Positions 12,781 through 25,941 of a stretch of 64,000 bases of DNA are shown here, piece after piece. This stretch comes from Cetorhinus maximus (lineage: Eukaryota), in the NCBI RefSeq assembly GCF_964194155.1, contig NC_135883.1, positions 6,324,001 through 6,388,000 of the forward strand, read 5' to 3'. The number at the start of each line of letters is the position of its first letter. The stretch's first letter is position 1. The notes beneath the pieces are model-generated. The model was not told the origin of the DNA and ran no database searches. It saw only the letters and a program-made list of their open reading frames with translations. Made by a program: the position numbers and the translations under genes.

Positions 12781-15700
12781 TGTGGGTGAGTCGTTTTCAG
12801 CACCAGTTGTTCTTTTTGAGAAGGTTGGTATTCTAGATCTTGAATCGCTCAGCAGCAAAGGTCATTTTGCCCCACAGTGGGCATGTTTTCACGTGAGACA
12901 TGCAGCAGTCACAATGGAAGCTGAGCCCATCAGTAATCATTGACCCTTAATTTATTTAACTGTGGAAGGTCAAAGAACAATCTGCTGCCTATAACTTGCC
13001 ACCTGCAGAGGAGTAAATTACGTTACTTCAGTAACCTCTGGAGAGGGATGATCCCAGAGGTGCAAGAAAAATAAGATATTCAATTAGAAACTACACAAGG
13101 CAGCACAGTTTTAAAAAAAGACACAGAGTAGGAGGCCATTTAAGGAAAAACAAAATAATCATAGTGGCCTCTTTGAATCCTTAGGGATTGATTGAGAAAT
13201 ATACTGCTGAATGAATTAATAAATAATTCAGTTGCAGAAACTGATTTTTGGTCGAAAAACACTGATGGGGCAGTGCAGGGTTTGGGGTGGGGGGTGGTGC
13301 TGGGTGGTGATTGTTGGGATGCAATACATTTATGTCTAATAATTTGATTGGCTTTCGCACTGACTGGCACTGAACTGGATTGTGTTCATGTTGGTGCTGC
13401 TGGTGTGTTTTTTTTATTCAGAAATCCAACATCAGGAGCATAGCAGTAATGCTCTTCCTAGGCTTTATTCTCACTGTTTAGCAAATGGGTCCATGTAATG
13501 TAAGGGGCAGCACCGGAGCATGTAAGGTCAAGGGAATCAAACTGACTGTTCAGCAGTATGCGAGTGTATAGAAAAGCTACCCAGCCTTTACTCATTCAGA
13601 GTTATTTGCAAAGCATTTTGCAAAGCAGAGAGCATTGTTTTGTACTATAAGACTGCAAAATTTGTCTCTTTATTGAGAGTAATTGTGAAGCGTTAGATGC
13701 TTGGTGCTTCTGTACAATCCCCTCAAGTTACTTTTATAATACAGAAGGTTATATAAAAAAAAAATTGCATGTGGGTTGATAGAAAGCATTTTGCCTACAA
13801 TTCTTTCATCACTGTTAACATTGGTGCAACAAGCGCTGCTGCTGCTAATGGCTACTTTTCGCACATGGGATATTGCTCTCTGCACAGTAAGTGTAGGTTT
13901 GCATGTATTGCTGGCACTGCTTTCATTCCTGTTTTCATTCTGAAGCACTGGCAAGGAATATAATGCTGCTAAGTCCTGAGCCATTCCCTCCAGCATTATG
14001 AATAATTAAAATTTGCAGCTATGTTGTGCCAAGTTGCATTTAATGAGAAGAAAGAGCAAAGCATTGCAAGTGCTGGAAGTCTGATGACATATGTCCAATC
14101 ATCCTAGCTCAGCATTGTCACACAAAGAAAATCTCTTGGGCTGAATTCCAATCCAAAACTCAGGTACAGATATCTTCTTCACTGGTTGTCATTATTTTGA
14201 TTGTCGGTTGTGGTTTTCAAAACGCACAGGATGGAGTTCTAGTTTTATTTAGGATGCAGCAGAGCCCTCGATATCGATGGGTTCTGATGGCAACAGTCCA
14301 TGTTACTGTTCAACTGCAAATTACTTTTGAGTCCTGAAGAAAATCTGGAACTGAATCTGGTGTGTTTTTTTAAAGAAAAGAGCAACATAATCAATATTGT
14401 GTGAACTAGCACTCAATACATCCCTTGCAATTCTTTTGATTTGAATCACTACTAGAATTCAGACACCATGGATCGTATATCTCATTGCCTGCAAAAACAT
14501 ATCTGCTCACGGACGTTTTGATGTGGTTGAATTGATATTCCAAATAGACTGATATGTGGTATCCTATTGACTCTAAGGTGTAGATTTGAATCCCCTCCAA
14601 ACAGGTGGGGCAAAAATCGCCTTCCAACCAAATGTAAAGTGTTAATTCCAACCCATACCCTGTCTCTAAAGGTCCATAGCGTGACTTCTGCAGAATTTTT
14701 AATGCAGAGGTCACATACAACCTGAAATGTAATAGGTCACTTCATCTTCAAGTGCAATCATTTAACTGCAGCATTAACATTTACAACAAAGCTGTATAAA
14801 TAAATGTAACAAATGCTCACTCCATGTATTTAAAAAGTCCTCTGCTGTGCATACAAATACAGTAGGAAGTAATAACTCACAGGCAGGCAAGAAGCTATTG
14901 TGACGGGGGATACGCTGCACAATGTAACTATATTGAATAGGCACTGTATGGTTGATTTTAGTATACAATGCATTTTTACCTCCGTATAACTTGGCTATAT
15001 TGTCAGAGAGGAAAGCAAGGACTGCTGATAGTTAAATCAGATATCATATTTTGTTTACAGTGGCAAATAGTAGCTCAATCACTAAGGAAAAATAATTAGT
15101 TTCAATTCCTGTTTGTTCATCTGGCTTAGTTCAAGGAAGTCTGAACAAAGAATACACTTTTTCCACAGTCAAAGATCGTGCCAGCAGAGATGTTTCCACA
15201 CTCAGAATTTGCGGTGATGAACCTTGACTTTGGGAGGTTCCCGAATTAATCAACAAATGGCAAATCCTTGTGCCGTGAGGGGCTGAGTGTAAGGTGCCTG
15301 CCATAGGACAGATCTTAGCACAGTCTGATGTAAATGCCTAGGCCCTTTGAGGGGTGGGGTGCAGGATTCCCCCCAAAACATAGAAACAACAGAGATGTAC
15401 CCCCTCCCCCCCTCACATGTAGGACCACGATCAAACCTTTCATTCTTTTTTTTAAAATGGCTTCCTTATTCAGGATTCAAGCCCCCCCCCCACCATGTCC
15501 TGTGGTTCCCAGAAGTTTGAAATAAACACAAATGCTGGACCACATGCTGCAGCCTGATACATTGTTGCTCAGCACCTGACTGTAGCGCATCGGTGAGTAA
15601 TGTAGCATTCTGGATATACATGCACATAAAAATATAGTTCCTAATAGTTCTTTATGAATAAAAGAACTATAAGACATCCCTCTTTGAAAAAAACATAATG

Positions 15701-16821
15701 CCTCTATATATCAATATAACTGTTCCAAGCATTAACTTTTTTTATATTAAGTCTAAACTAAAGATTAACATCGACATTTATAATTAAACTGAAAACCCTA
15801 AGAGTCTTTTATAGATTGCTTTTTCTTTTTTCAAAACATTATTCACCATATTGCTTGGTTTGTAGAATGTTGTGCCTCTATCTCATGGAATTGGCATTTA
15901 TTGTTCTCAGTGATGAGTGGGCCTGCTGTACTGGTGATCTTCTGCCTGACGTTGAGGGATTTGTGCGTGCTTTTGCTGATGTTGTGTTGCTTGTTATTGA
16001 TTTTGCACTGGCTGTTGGTGACGCTGTTGATGTTGCCTCGCATGTTAGTGATGTCGCTGATGTTGCTGATGGTCCTTTCTGCTTTTCCAGTTCAAGTGTA
16101 GGTCGAATATGGGCTCTCATTTGCTTACTGGCTTCAGTCTCGATGATGTATGACCTTGCAGTCTCGCCTTCCCCAGGTTCCAGGATCCTGTACATGCACA
16201 GTTGGCCCTCTCAACAGCTCAGGCAGGGATTTAACATATTTGAAATGTTGATCTCCTTCGACTTATGCATCAGCGGGTTGTTGCCTTACTTCCTCTTGGT
16301 CATTTGGAGAGTGTATCTGGCTTGGCAAAATTGTCTTGTACTTTCTGCCATTGAGTAGTTCCGCAGACCAGCCTTGAGAGGTGTAGTTGGGAGTGACAGG
16401 AAGGCAAGGTTTGGATCAACAGTCTCTGAGCATTTTATGAGGGGTCTCCAGACTGTCTGGATGTGTCTTTCTATAAAGCTGTGTCCCCTTGGATTATGTA
16501 GTGATGAGGTGATGATGTTGAACACATAGGGTTCAGCAAATTCCATAAACTCTCTGGAGGTGAATTGGGTTCCATTATCATATTTTACTCTTTCAGGAAT
16601 CCCTTACTCAGGAAACAGAACTTGTGCTGCTGAGATGGCTATTGGAGCTCTCAAATCATTCACCTTTCTGATAAAAGGAAACTTTGAGTAACAGTCTGCT
16701 TCGATGAAATACCATTCTTGAGTGTGTGTGAATAAATTGGCTCCCACAGTACACCATGATCTGGGTGATACTTCAGTCGCTATCATTGTCGCTTTCTGCT
16801 GTGCGGTCCTATATTTCTGGT

Positions 16822-17794
16822 TTACCTCAACTTTTTACAATTTATATAAAAGACTTGGATGAAGGGACCGAAGGAATGGTGGCTAAATTTGCTGACGACA
16901 CAAGGATAGGTAGGAAAGTAAATTGTGAAGAGGACATAAGGAGGCTACAAAGTGACATAGATAGGTTAAGTGAATGGGCAAAGATCTGGCAAATGCAGTA
17001 TAATTTGGGCAAATGTTAAAATGTCCATTTTGGCAGGAAGAATAAAAAAAAGTATTATCTAAATGGTAAGAGATTGCAGAGCTCTGAGATTCAGAGGGAT
17101 CTGGGTGTCTTAGTGCAAGAATCACGAAAGGTTAGTGTGCAGGTACAGCAGGTAATTAGGAAAGCTAATGGAATGTTATGCTTATTGTGAGGGGAATTGA
17201 ATATAAAAGTAGGGAGGTTATGCTTCAGTTTTACAGGGTGCTGGTGAGACCACACCTGGAGTGCTATGTATAGATTGGTCTCCTTATTTAAGGAAAAATG
17301 TGAAGGCGTTAGAAGCAGCTCAGGAAAGGTTTACTAGACTAAAACCAACAATGGGCGGGTTGTTTTATGAGGAAAGATTGGACAGGTTAGGCTTGTATCT
17401 ACTGGAATTTAGAAGAGTAAGAGATGACTTAATTGAACCCTTTAAGACCCTGAGGGGTCTTGAGAGGGTGGATGTGGAGAGGATGTTTCCTCTTGTGGGA
17501 GAATCTAGAACTAGGGGCCACGGCTTAAAAATAAGGAGTTGCTCATTTAAGGCAGAGATGAGGAGAATTTTTTTCTCTCAGAGGGTAGTGAGTCTTTGGA
17601 ACTCTCTTCCTCAAAAGGCGGTGGAACCAGAGTCTTTGAATATTTTTAAGGCAGAGCGAGATAGATTTTTGATTACCGAGGGGGTGAAAGGTAATCGGGA
17701 GTAGGCGGGAGGTTACAATCAGATCAGCCATGATCTTATTGAGTGGTGGAGCAGGCTCGAGGGGCCGAGTGGCCTACTCCTGCTCCATGTTCAT
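16822..17794 (+). mobile_element. CR1 LINE 3' fragment inserted in the Gypsy integrase
   Basis: PQLFTIYIKDLDEG..KFADDT..LQSDIDRL; WSPYLRK..LERVDVERMFPL..WNSLP; CR1 3' UTR GGGGCCGAGTGGCCTACTCCTGCTCC. Confidence 0.92.
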
Positions 17795-18402
17795 GGGCTG
17801 AATTTTATGTCCCGCAGGCGGGTGCGTACCAGACCAGATCGGGCTTAAAATCTTGCGAGAAGACGGCGGGCGAGCGTCCCGGCATCATCGCACACTCGCG
17901 TGATATTTCGCTCGGCCCACATGTGCAATAATCAGAAGCACGCCCGCCAACAATTAACAGGGCAATTAAGCCCATTAACGGCGCAATTGTCTCCAATTTT
18001 TTGTGGCCTGTCCAACCTTACAGTTGGCGGACGGGCCAATGGGCCAGGCAGACTTTGTATTTTTCATCAAACCTCATCCAAGGGCGGGATGAAATTTCCG
18101 TTATGAAATTAAATCAAAATTAATATCTGTGGTTAGCATTTTTATCAGCTATATTTTCAGGTGATGGATTGTGATGCATGGACATTTTTTTTTTTACAGT
18201 TTTTAACAAATGACTTTTCGGTCTGCAGCTCTCCGAGGCAGCTAGCTGTCTGGCAGCGCTCACCCGAGCCCACCATGACATTATCGCCCACCCTCTTCCC
18301 GCCCCCACTCCAGCAGTGCTGAGCATTCCAGTGCACTTCATGCTGGCTGGCTGTTAATTGGCCTGCCAATAGCGTGGGCCCACCAAAGGTAAAATTCAGG
18401 CC
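17795..18402. mobile_element. Harbinger-type MITE (hairpin-chain family, more diverged copy)
   Basis: TIRs GGGCTGAATTTT / AAAATTCAGGCC and TSD CAT/TAT. Internal motifs are shared with 41871-42595. Confidence 0.85.
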
Positions 18403-20274
18403 TATATGTTCATACATACCATTCTTTCAACGTCTTTATGTATGTTGTACACAGATGACCTGGCTCTGCGCCTACCCACCTCCCATCCCATATGGCCTTC
18501 AGGTATCTTCTGGAGAAGATTTCTCTGCAGTGTTTTGGGTACGCTGATTCTGGATCCAGCCATCAGAACACCATCTTCTTGTAAGATGTCATCTCTGATA
18601 GACCAATGCTGCCACCTTGCTGATTGTACTAGCAGTATCTTATCAGGCTATCATTAGATCACTTGCCGAGAGAGTATCTGGAACTCTTCGTCTTTGCTGC
18701 TCCCATCTCTAATTTGACTCAGTTTTGGTGGTGTTACATTCGCTAGGTAATAGATCTTTAAACTTAGATATTTTATCTTGTGTTTCTCCTGTGGTGACAA
18801 CTGAGACCGGGCATCTGTTAGCACCATTTCTCTCCCCAGCTTGTATTTCAGAGGGAACTTGTAACTCTGAAGCATCAAGAGTAATCTCTGCAATCTTGCT
18901 GGTGCTTTACACAGACTTTTCTTGTAGATCTGCTCAAGTGGACAAGGATCACTCTCCACTATGAAATTTCTCCCATAAAGTTATGTACAGAGTTTCTCTC
19001 ATTCCTACACGACTGCTAAGAGCTCTCTTTCTATGTTGGCATATCTGGTCTAGGTCTCAGCTGATGTTGGGGTTTTCATGCAAATGCTACTGGCTTTCCA
19101 TCTTGTACCAGAACAGCTCACAGTCTTTTTGTAAAAGCATCTACTTGCAGAGTCTCAGTTTTTTTTTCTGTTGTCGTATAATAGATTTGTCTCCTAAGAG
19201 TTTGTTGAAACTCCTCTTGTGTGACACTGACTACTGGTACTCAACATCCTCTCTCATCAGCTCTCGTAGGTTTGCTGTGTGCTCTGACATGTGAAGTACT
19301 AAATAACTCATGCACTAGATCAAGCCAAGGAAATTTCTCAGCTCTTTCTTGTCTCTTGGAGTTTTCTTCTCAGAGATTGCTGTGACTTTTTCAGGACTCA
19401 GCTTGACTCTGCCAGGTGTGTACACCATTCCAAAGAACTGGCATTCTATCGCCTTTGCAGTGCATTTGTCTGGGCTTAACTTGATCCTAACTTTCCTGGT
19501 TCTCTCCATGGCTTCATGTAGATGACAATCCTTATTTTTTTCATCTGCACCATATATATCTGGATATCTTTAGTCATGCCCTTTACATCCTCGATATGTC
19601 ACATCTACCTTCTGCTGGAACGCATCCTGGCTCACTTTATCGCCGAAAGGTAGCTGTAGGAATTTGTAGTGGCCAAAGGGTGTGTTGAATGTTGCCAACG
19701 GCGAAGATTTCTAATCAAACTTCACATTCCAGTGGCTGTTTCTGCTATCAGTCTTTGCTGAAAATGTTTGCCCTGCCAGTGCTGGTGTGATTTTTTTTCC
19801 ACTTTTGGAATAGGGGAGTGATTCCTCTTTATTGCTTGATTAAGATCTTTGGGATCCAGACAAATTATTTTGGTTCCTCTCTCACCACGATGGAATTTAC
19901 TCAACTTGTAGGGTCTGTGACTCTGCCAATCGATTTCTTTTCTTCCATCTCTTGGAGCCTTTTCATTCCATTGGTACTTTGTGTGGGGTATGAATCACTG
20001 GATCAATATTCATGCAATACTCAAAGTCTTCAAAGCATGCAACCATCTCATTAAAACACTCTCAGTACATTAGTACCAAATGTTTCTTGCTTCTGGTCGG
20101 AGGGTGCTTTTCAATGGGTGTACGACCATCAATCTCTAGTGATGCCTCCTTCACCTCATGATTTACTGAGATCAGCTGCAGCTCTTCACAGTTGCTCAAC
20201 CCCAGGATAGAAAACAATCTCTTTCAGTGATGTAAAGTATACAGTTCAGGTCTTTCCTTTTGTGTGTCCACCTT

Positions 20275-22670
20275 TTTTATTCTTTCACAGCATGTGGGCA
20301 TCGCTGGCTAGGCCAGCATTTGTTGCACATCCCTAGTTGCCCTTAAGAAGATGGTTATGAGCTGCCTTCTTGAACCACTGCAATTCATGTGGTGCAAGTA
20401 CTGTTAGGGATGGAGTTCCAGATTTTGACCCAGTGAGAACGGCAATATAATTCCAAGTCAGGATGGTGTGTGGCTTGGAATGGAACTTGTGGGTGGTGTC
20501 ATTCTCATGCACCTGCTGCCCTTGCCTTCTAGGTGGTAGAGGTCCCAGATTTGGAAGGTGCTGCCGAAGGATCCTTGGTGAGTTGCTGCAGTGCATCTTG
20601 TAGATGGTACACATTGCCACCACTGAGCATCAGTGGTGTAGGATGGGGTTCCAATCAAACAGGCTATTTTGTCCTGGATGATGTTGAGCTTCTTAGGTGT
20701 TCTTGGAGCTACGGCCATCCAGGCAAGCGGAGAGTATTCCATCACACTCCTGACTTGTGCCTTATAGATGTTGGACAAGTTTGGGGAGTCAGGGGGTGAA
20801 TTACTGGCTGCAGAATTCCCAGCCTTTGATCTGTTCTTTTAGCCACAGTATTTATATGGCTAGTCCAGTTCAGATTCTGGTCAATGGTAAACCCCAGGAT
20901 ATTGATAGTGAGGGATTCAGTGATGGTAATGCCATTGTATGTCAAGGGGAGATGGTTAGATTCTCTCTTGTTGGAGATGGTCATTGCTTGGCATTTGGGG
21001 GATGCGAATGTTACTTGCCACTTATTAGCCCAAGCCTGAATTTGTCCAGGTCTTGCTACATACGGGCTTCAGTATCTGAGGAGTTGCAGATGGTACTGAA
21101 CATTGTGCAATCATTAGCGAACATTCCCACTTTTGACCTTATAATGGAGGAAAGTTCAATGATGAAACAGCTGAAGATGGTTGGGCCTAGGACACTACCC
21201 TGAGGAACTCCTGCAGGGACGTCCTGGGACTGAGATGATTGACCTCCGACAATCATAAGCAACTCCCGTTGTGCTAGGCATGGCTCCAACCAGAGGAGAG
21301 ATTTCCCCCGATTCCCACGGACTTCTGTTTTACTAGGTCCTTGAAGCCACACTAATGCTGCCTTAATGTCAAGGGCAGTCACTCTCACCTCACCTCTGGA
21401 GTTCAGCTCTTTTGTCCATGTTTGGACCAAGGCTGTAGTGAGGTCAGGAGTTGAGTGGCCCTGGTGGAACCCAAACTGAGTGCTAGGGTGGAGGTTGTTG
21501 CTAAGCAAGTGCCATTTGATAGCACTGTTGATGACCCCTTCCATTATTTTACTGATGATCAAGTGTATACTGCTGGGGCAGTTAGGGTTCAGGTTGACAT
21601 TGGATGGGTTGGATTTGTCCTGCTTTTTGTGTACAGGACATACCTGGGCAATTTTCCACATAGCTGGGTAGATGCCAGTGTTGTAGCTATACTGGAGCAG
21701 CTTGGTTAGGGGCATGGCAAGTTCTGGAGCACAAGTCTTCAGTACTATTGCCGGAATATTGTCAGGGCCCATAGCCTTTGCGCTATCCAGTGCCTTCAAC
21801 TGTTTCTTGATATCATATGGAGTGAATTGAATTGGCTGAAGACTGGCATCTGTGATGCTGGGGACCTCCGGAGGAGGCTGAGATGGATCATCCACTTGGC
21901 ACTTCTGGCTGAAGGTTGTAGCAAATGCTTCAGCCTTATCTTTTGCACTGATGTGCTGGGCTCCCCCATCATTGAGGATGGGGATATTTGTGAAGCCTTC
22001 TCCTCTAGTGAGTCGTTTAGTTGCCCACCACCATTCACAGCTGGATGTGGCAGGACTGCAGAGTTTAAATCAGATCTGTTGGTTTTGGAATCGATTAGCT
22101 CTGTCTATCGCTTGCTGCTTATGCTGTTTGGCACATGAGTAGCCCTTGTAGCTTCACCAGGTTGACGCCTCATTTTTAGGTATGCCTGGTGTTGCTCCTG
22201 TCATGCCCTCCTGCCCTCTTCATTGAACCAGTGTTGATCCCCTGGCTTGGTTGTAATAGCAGAATGGGGGATATGGTGGGCCATGAAGTTGCAGATAGTT
22301 CAATTCCGCTGCTGTTGATGGCCCACAGCGCCTCACGGTTGCTTAGTCTTGAGTTGCTAGACCCGTTCGAAATCTATCCCATTTAGCTGGGTGGTTGTGC
22401 CACACAACACGATGGAGGGTATCCTCTATGTGAAGATGGGATTTTGTCTCCACAAGTGGTGGTCACTCCTACTGATACTGTCATAGACAGATGCATCTGT
22501 GGCAGGCAGGTTGGTGAGGATGAGGTCAAGTATCTTTTTCCCTTTTGTTGGTTCCCTCACCACCTGCCACAGACCCAGTCTAGCAGCTATGTCCTTCAGG
22601 ACTTGGCCAGCTTGGTCAGTGGTGGTGCTACTGAGCCACTCTTGGTGATGGACATTGAAGTCCCCCACCC
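20275..22670 (-). mobile_element. LINE family B (CR1-group APE+RT), 5'-truncated
   Basis: ORF 21056-21895 (KAMGPDNIP..WKIAQVCPVHKK..QFGFHQGHST..LDIKAA..GVPQGSVLGP) and endonuclease GDFNVHH..ILDLIL (22426-22668). The 3' tail GGGCAACTAGGGATG..AAATGCTGGCC is followed by an A-rich end. Confidence 0.92.
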
Positions 22671-23634
22671 AGAGATTAAACTCAAAACAAGCAGCGGCTC
22701 TTGCAATGATTGAATTTTTAGCTTTGTGAATACATTGCTATCATGGCATCTTGAGACAATGCTTTCCTTTAGCTCTTCTCCAAAATATATTATTGTGTCC
22801 AGTTTGGAGGAAATTTATATTTAGATTATGCATGTGTAAGATCCACATGAAGTTAACCAGCACAAGCAAGACATCTTCCTCCAAAGAAAAGCCTTCTTTA
22901 GAGGAATCCAATTAGCTCATCAGGGGTCAATTGCTGAATGTTTATATATACTGCCTGCCCTGCAGTCATTCTACATTCCAACAATATATACCAAATAGCT
23001 GTATTAGCTCCTGGGGAAAGTATTATATCTCTGTGGATTTTGAATGCAGTATAGAGCAATCTGTTACAAAATAGTTATTTATTTTATCTTAGCTGGGGCT
23101 AAGTGAATATGTTTGTAGCGCCAGATGCATTTGGTCATGCAATACTCTAATTGCATCACTGGTTATGTGATTTAACTATTTTTAAGCACAAGTGTAGAAA
23201 TTGCTGTTTGTAGTGAGCCTAACATTGAAATTATTTGAGCGTATTGGCAAATTGACTGATCGCCAGCCTGCGCTTGGGAATTGACTTAGACTTGGTCTCA
23301 AATTATTATTAAAATCAAAGACATTTGTCTACACAAACTTCCCCCACTGATTTGTTACATGCGTTTAGCCTGTTATTCGGGGAACAGTTACTCACTAAGG
23401 GGGAAGTCATGCAAAATTGTAATGGCCGTTCACTGAGTACATTCCTATCATCCATATCCTATCATGGCAGTAGTTGAGCCAGCAACACTTATTGCATTAG
23501 GAAAACAATGGCTGCTTTCAGTAGGTTCCAGATACACTGAAAAGCACTTGGTTTTAGCACTTGCTCGAATCTCTAATACAATTCAAGAACAGGGAAGGCC
23601 TGCCAGAGATATCACATAGCAGAAAAAATTCTAG

Positions 23635-24353
23635 GGGCAGAATTTTACGTTTCCTCACAGGTGGGTTTGTAGGCTGGGGGTGGGGGGGGTGGGGGGTAGC
23701 TGTAAAATTTCTCAGATGGCCTTCCCATTGGGTTCCTGCCCATCCCAACCTCTCCACAATCTTACGCTGTAGGTGCTCCACCCGCCCTTGCCCCAATTTA
23801 GGCCTTTAAGTGGCCTCAATTTTCAGGGTGGCGGGAGGACTTCAGATGCAGGGATGGAACCAGAAAAGCAACCTGTCCAGGCCTCGGGCGGGGTCACTGG
23901 GGGCACCTCCATCGGCAGCCTGTAAACATCGGACACTCCCCAAAAGGAGTGGCCCCTGCAGGTCCCCCCTCCCCTAGTCTGGCCCCCTCCGCCAACACCC
24001 CAACACCCCCACCCCCTCCCCCCACCTACCCCCTGGGCCTCACCTCCCCACCCTGGCCTGAGAACCCCAAAACTTACTCGGTCCTGGTCTCCAAGGACTC
24101 AGATTGTCAAGGCTGCTTGCATCCCCAGTCCTGTCCACTGCAGCCTCTGCCGCTCCTGGGACTATAGAGCTGCCGGCCAATCTCTGAGGTGGAATTTCCT
24201 CCCAAAGTGAGGGGCGGAAAACCCCTCCCAGCCAATTAAAGCTCGTTGCAAGGTGGAATGGCTGCAGGGCAGGCAGTATCAGTGAGGATGTGTCCTCAGC
24301 CGACTTCTCGGATGGTGGGGAGGGAAACCCCACCATCCGACAAACCCTGGCCC
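23635..24353. mobile_element. Harbinger-type MITE
   Basis: Left TIR GGGCAGAATTTT, degenerate right end AAACCCTGGCCC, TSD TAG/AAG. There is an internal perfect 13-bp hairpin at 24308-24340. Confidence 0.6.
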
Positions 24354-25331
24354 AAGAGAAAAGTAACCTCCATGGTCAGTTTTCAAACCCAACCCGTCCA
24401 CTTCTGGTTTTAATGGAGGCGGGTTGGGGGAGGGAGCCACCGATCCACTCTCGGAACGCAGTTGGTCACTAAGGAGACTGCGAGTCTCTATTTCAACTGA
24501 AGTTTCACTTTTTTAAATTCGTTGAGGCTGGGGGTTCTGGCAGATCCACCAAGAAAGTGCTTTGATTGCCCTGTTTGTGAGCCAGGAGAAGCAGGAGTGT
24601 TTCGTCCCAGCCCACTAAGTTTACCTCCATGTGACCAGTCTAACCGGCCCACCACGAGCTGACAGATGGGAAGTTTGTTGAAAAAATCTAAAAGATGCCT
24701 CGCAGTTAATTTCAACAGGACGTGCCTGTCATTCTGGTTTTCCATCCAAAAATCAGTCCCCACCCCGACCTCCTTGCATTGCTCCCTCCCTGAGCGAATT
24801 GAAAATGGGGTCACACTGCCTGGACTTGTTGTTGTGGTAACTATTGGGTATATCAGCCTAAACATTGTTGCCTGCGATTGAGTGAACATCGGTGCCTTTG
24901 GATGATGAGGTGAAGCAGTGAGTTTGTTTGTTCGCACTGTACCACCTTCTGCAGGAAGACTTCAAGACAACTCCTGCTGTGGAGTTGGCACTGCCAATTG
25001 TAGTCAAGGTCATCTTGACTAAGTGTCCAGTTCCTTTCAGACCAGCAGTGATAACTCCTGCAATGTCACCTGGATTATTGTAAATTGTTCCTTGAAGAGG
25101 AGACAAATATATTATTTAGGAGAGCGTTTGCCACCAGTCTACCTGGCTGCTGGCTTTCCAAGAGTTCACAGGCGATTGATTCATCCATGCCACCCAGTTA
25201 GGACTCTTTCCATAATGCTGTTATCCGGAAGAAATGAAACCAGTTCTGATTCATCAATCTTTGTCCGAAGGTCCTGCTTTCCCGACCGCTTCTAGCGTGC
25301 TTTTATTTTACACCAATCATAATTGTCAGGC

Positions 25332-25437
25332 AAAAACAGAAATACCTGGAAAAACTCAGCAGGTCTGGCAGCATCGGCGGAGAAGAGCAAAGTTGACGTT
25401 TCGAGTCCTCATGACCCTTCAACAGAACTAAGTAGAA
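25332..25437 (-). mobile_element. 106-bp hammerhead-bearing retro-insertion (probably Penelope-derived)
   Basis: Flanked by a 13-bp direct repeat, ATAATTGTCAGGC (25319-25331) / ATAGTTGTCAGGC (25438-25450). Same family as 40236-40407. Confidence 0.8.
25391..25429 (-). ncRNA. Minimal type I hammerhead ribozyme motif with variant core CUGUUGA
   Basis: Minus strand AGTT-CTGTTGA-A-GGGTC(ATGAG)GACTC-GAAA-CG-TC-AACT: 4-bp stem I, 5-bp stem II, palindromic ACGU stem III region, GUC cleavage triplet. Confidence 0.72.
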
Positions 25438-25941
25438 ATAGTTGTCAGGCTCTTTGAAGGGGATCAAAGAGTAGAAGGATGGCTCCTAGAACATGAAGGG
25501 CTTACCGTTTAAAGCACGAGCCAAAATCACTTTCTTGTGAACTATGAACAGAAGCTGACACCAGATAAAAGGCTTAGGCTTAAATAACACAGGGTAATGT
25601 ACAAAGATATCCAGTAAATAGCCTTAGATTAACACACAATGGCCTGAATTTTACTCTCGAGGTGTGCCCGAAGTTAGTGTGGCTGGAAGCAGATGTAAAA
25701 CCCGTTCCCGGCTGAGTTCGCACTGTGGTGGCCAGTTAAGGCCCGCCCAGGGTGAAACGCGAACCGCCGGATGTGTTTTCAGTGTGCCGGGGCAGGAACA
25801 TGTCGGGCACCGGGTCCAGTGGGGACCCGGAGGGGTGTTCCAAAAACGGAAGAGGCAACTCCCTGAAGGCTGCCAGGAGTTGTGGGGGAGGCTGAGGGAG
25901 CTGTTTGGAAGCTGTTGAAGAAGTGCCCTGGTGTACAAGAC

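Larger units (their letters stand above)
15496..20270 (-). mobile_element. Second Gypsy element, 5'-truncated (pol plus probable 3' LTR), interrupted at 16822-18402
   Basis: RT fragments (ICLDPKDLNQAIKR; LSPDKC..FFGMVYT..LRNFLGL), RNase H (ESDPCPLEQI..APARLQRLLL) and integrase (W..VGANLF..DCYSKFP; TSSLHNPRGHSFIERHIQT). Candidate LTR 15496-15676 has inverted ends TGTCCTGTGGTTC/GAACTATAAGACA and an adjacent purine tract. Confidence 0.85.

Noticed and set aside
15486-15495. TGGTG on the minus strand right after the second Gypsy LTR, as a PBS of a tandem element
   Set aside because: Only 5 nt followed by a G run, with no gag downstream. Compatible with chance.
15816-16358. 180-aa hydrophobic + strand ORF as a membrane protein or env gene
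   Set aside because: It is the antisense of a low-complexity Ser/Thr/Ala-rich tail after the Gypsy integrase, and no env motifs are visible.
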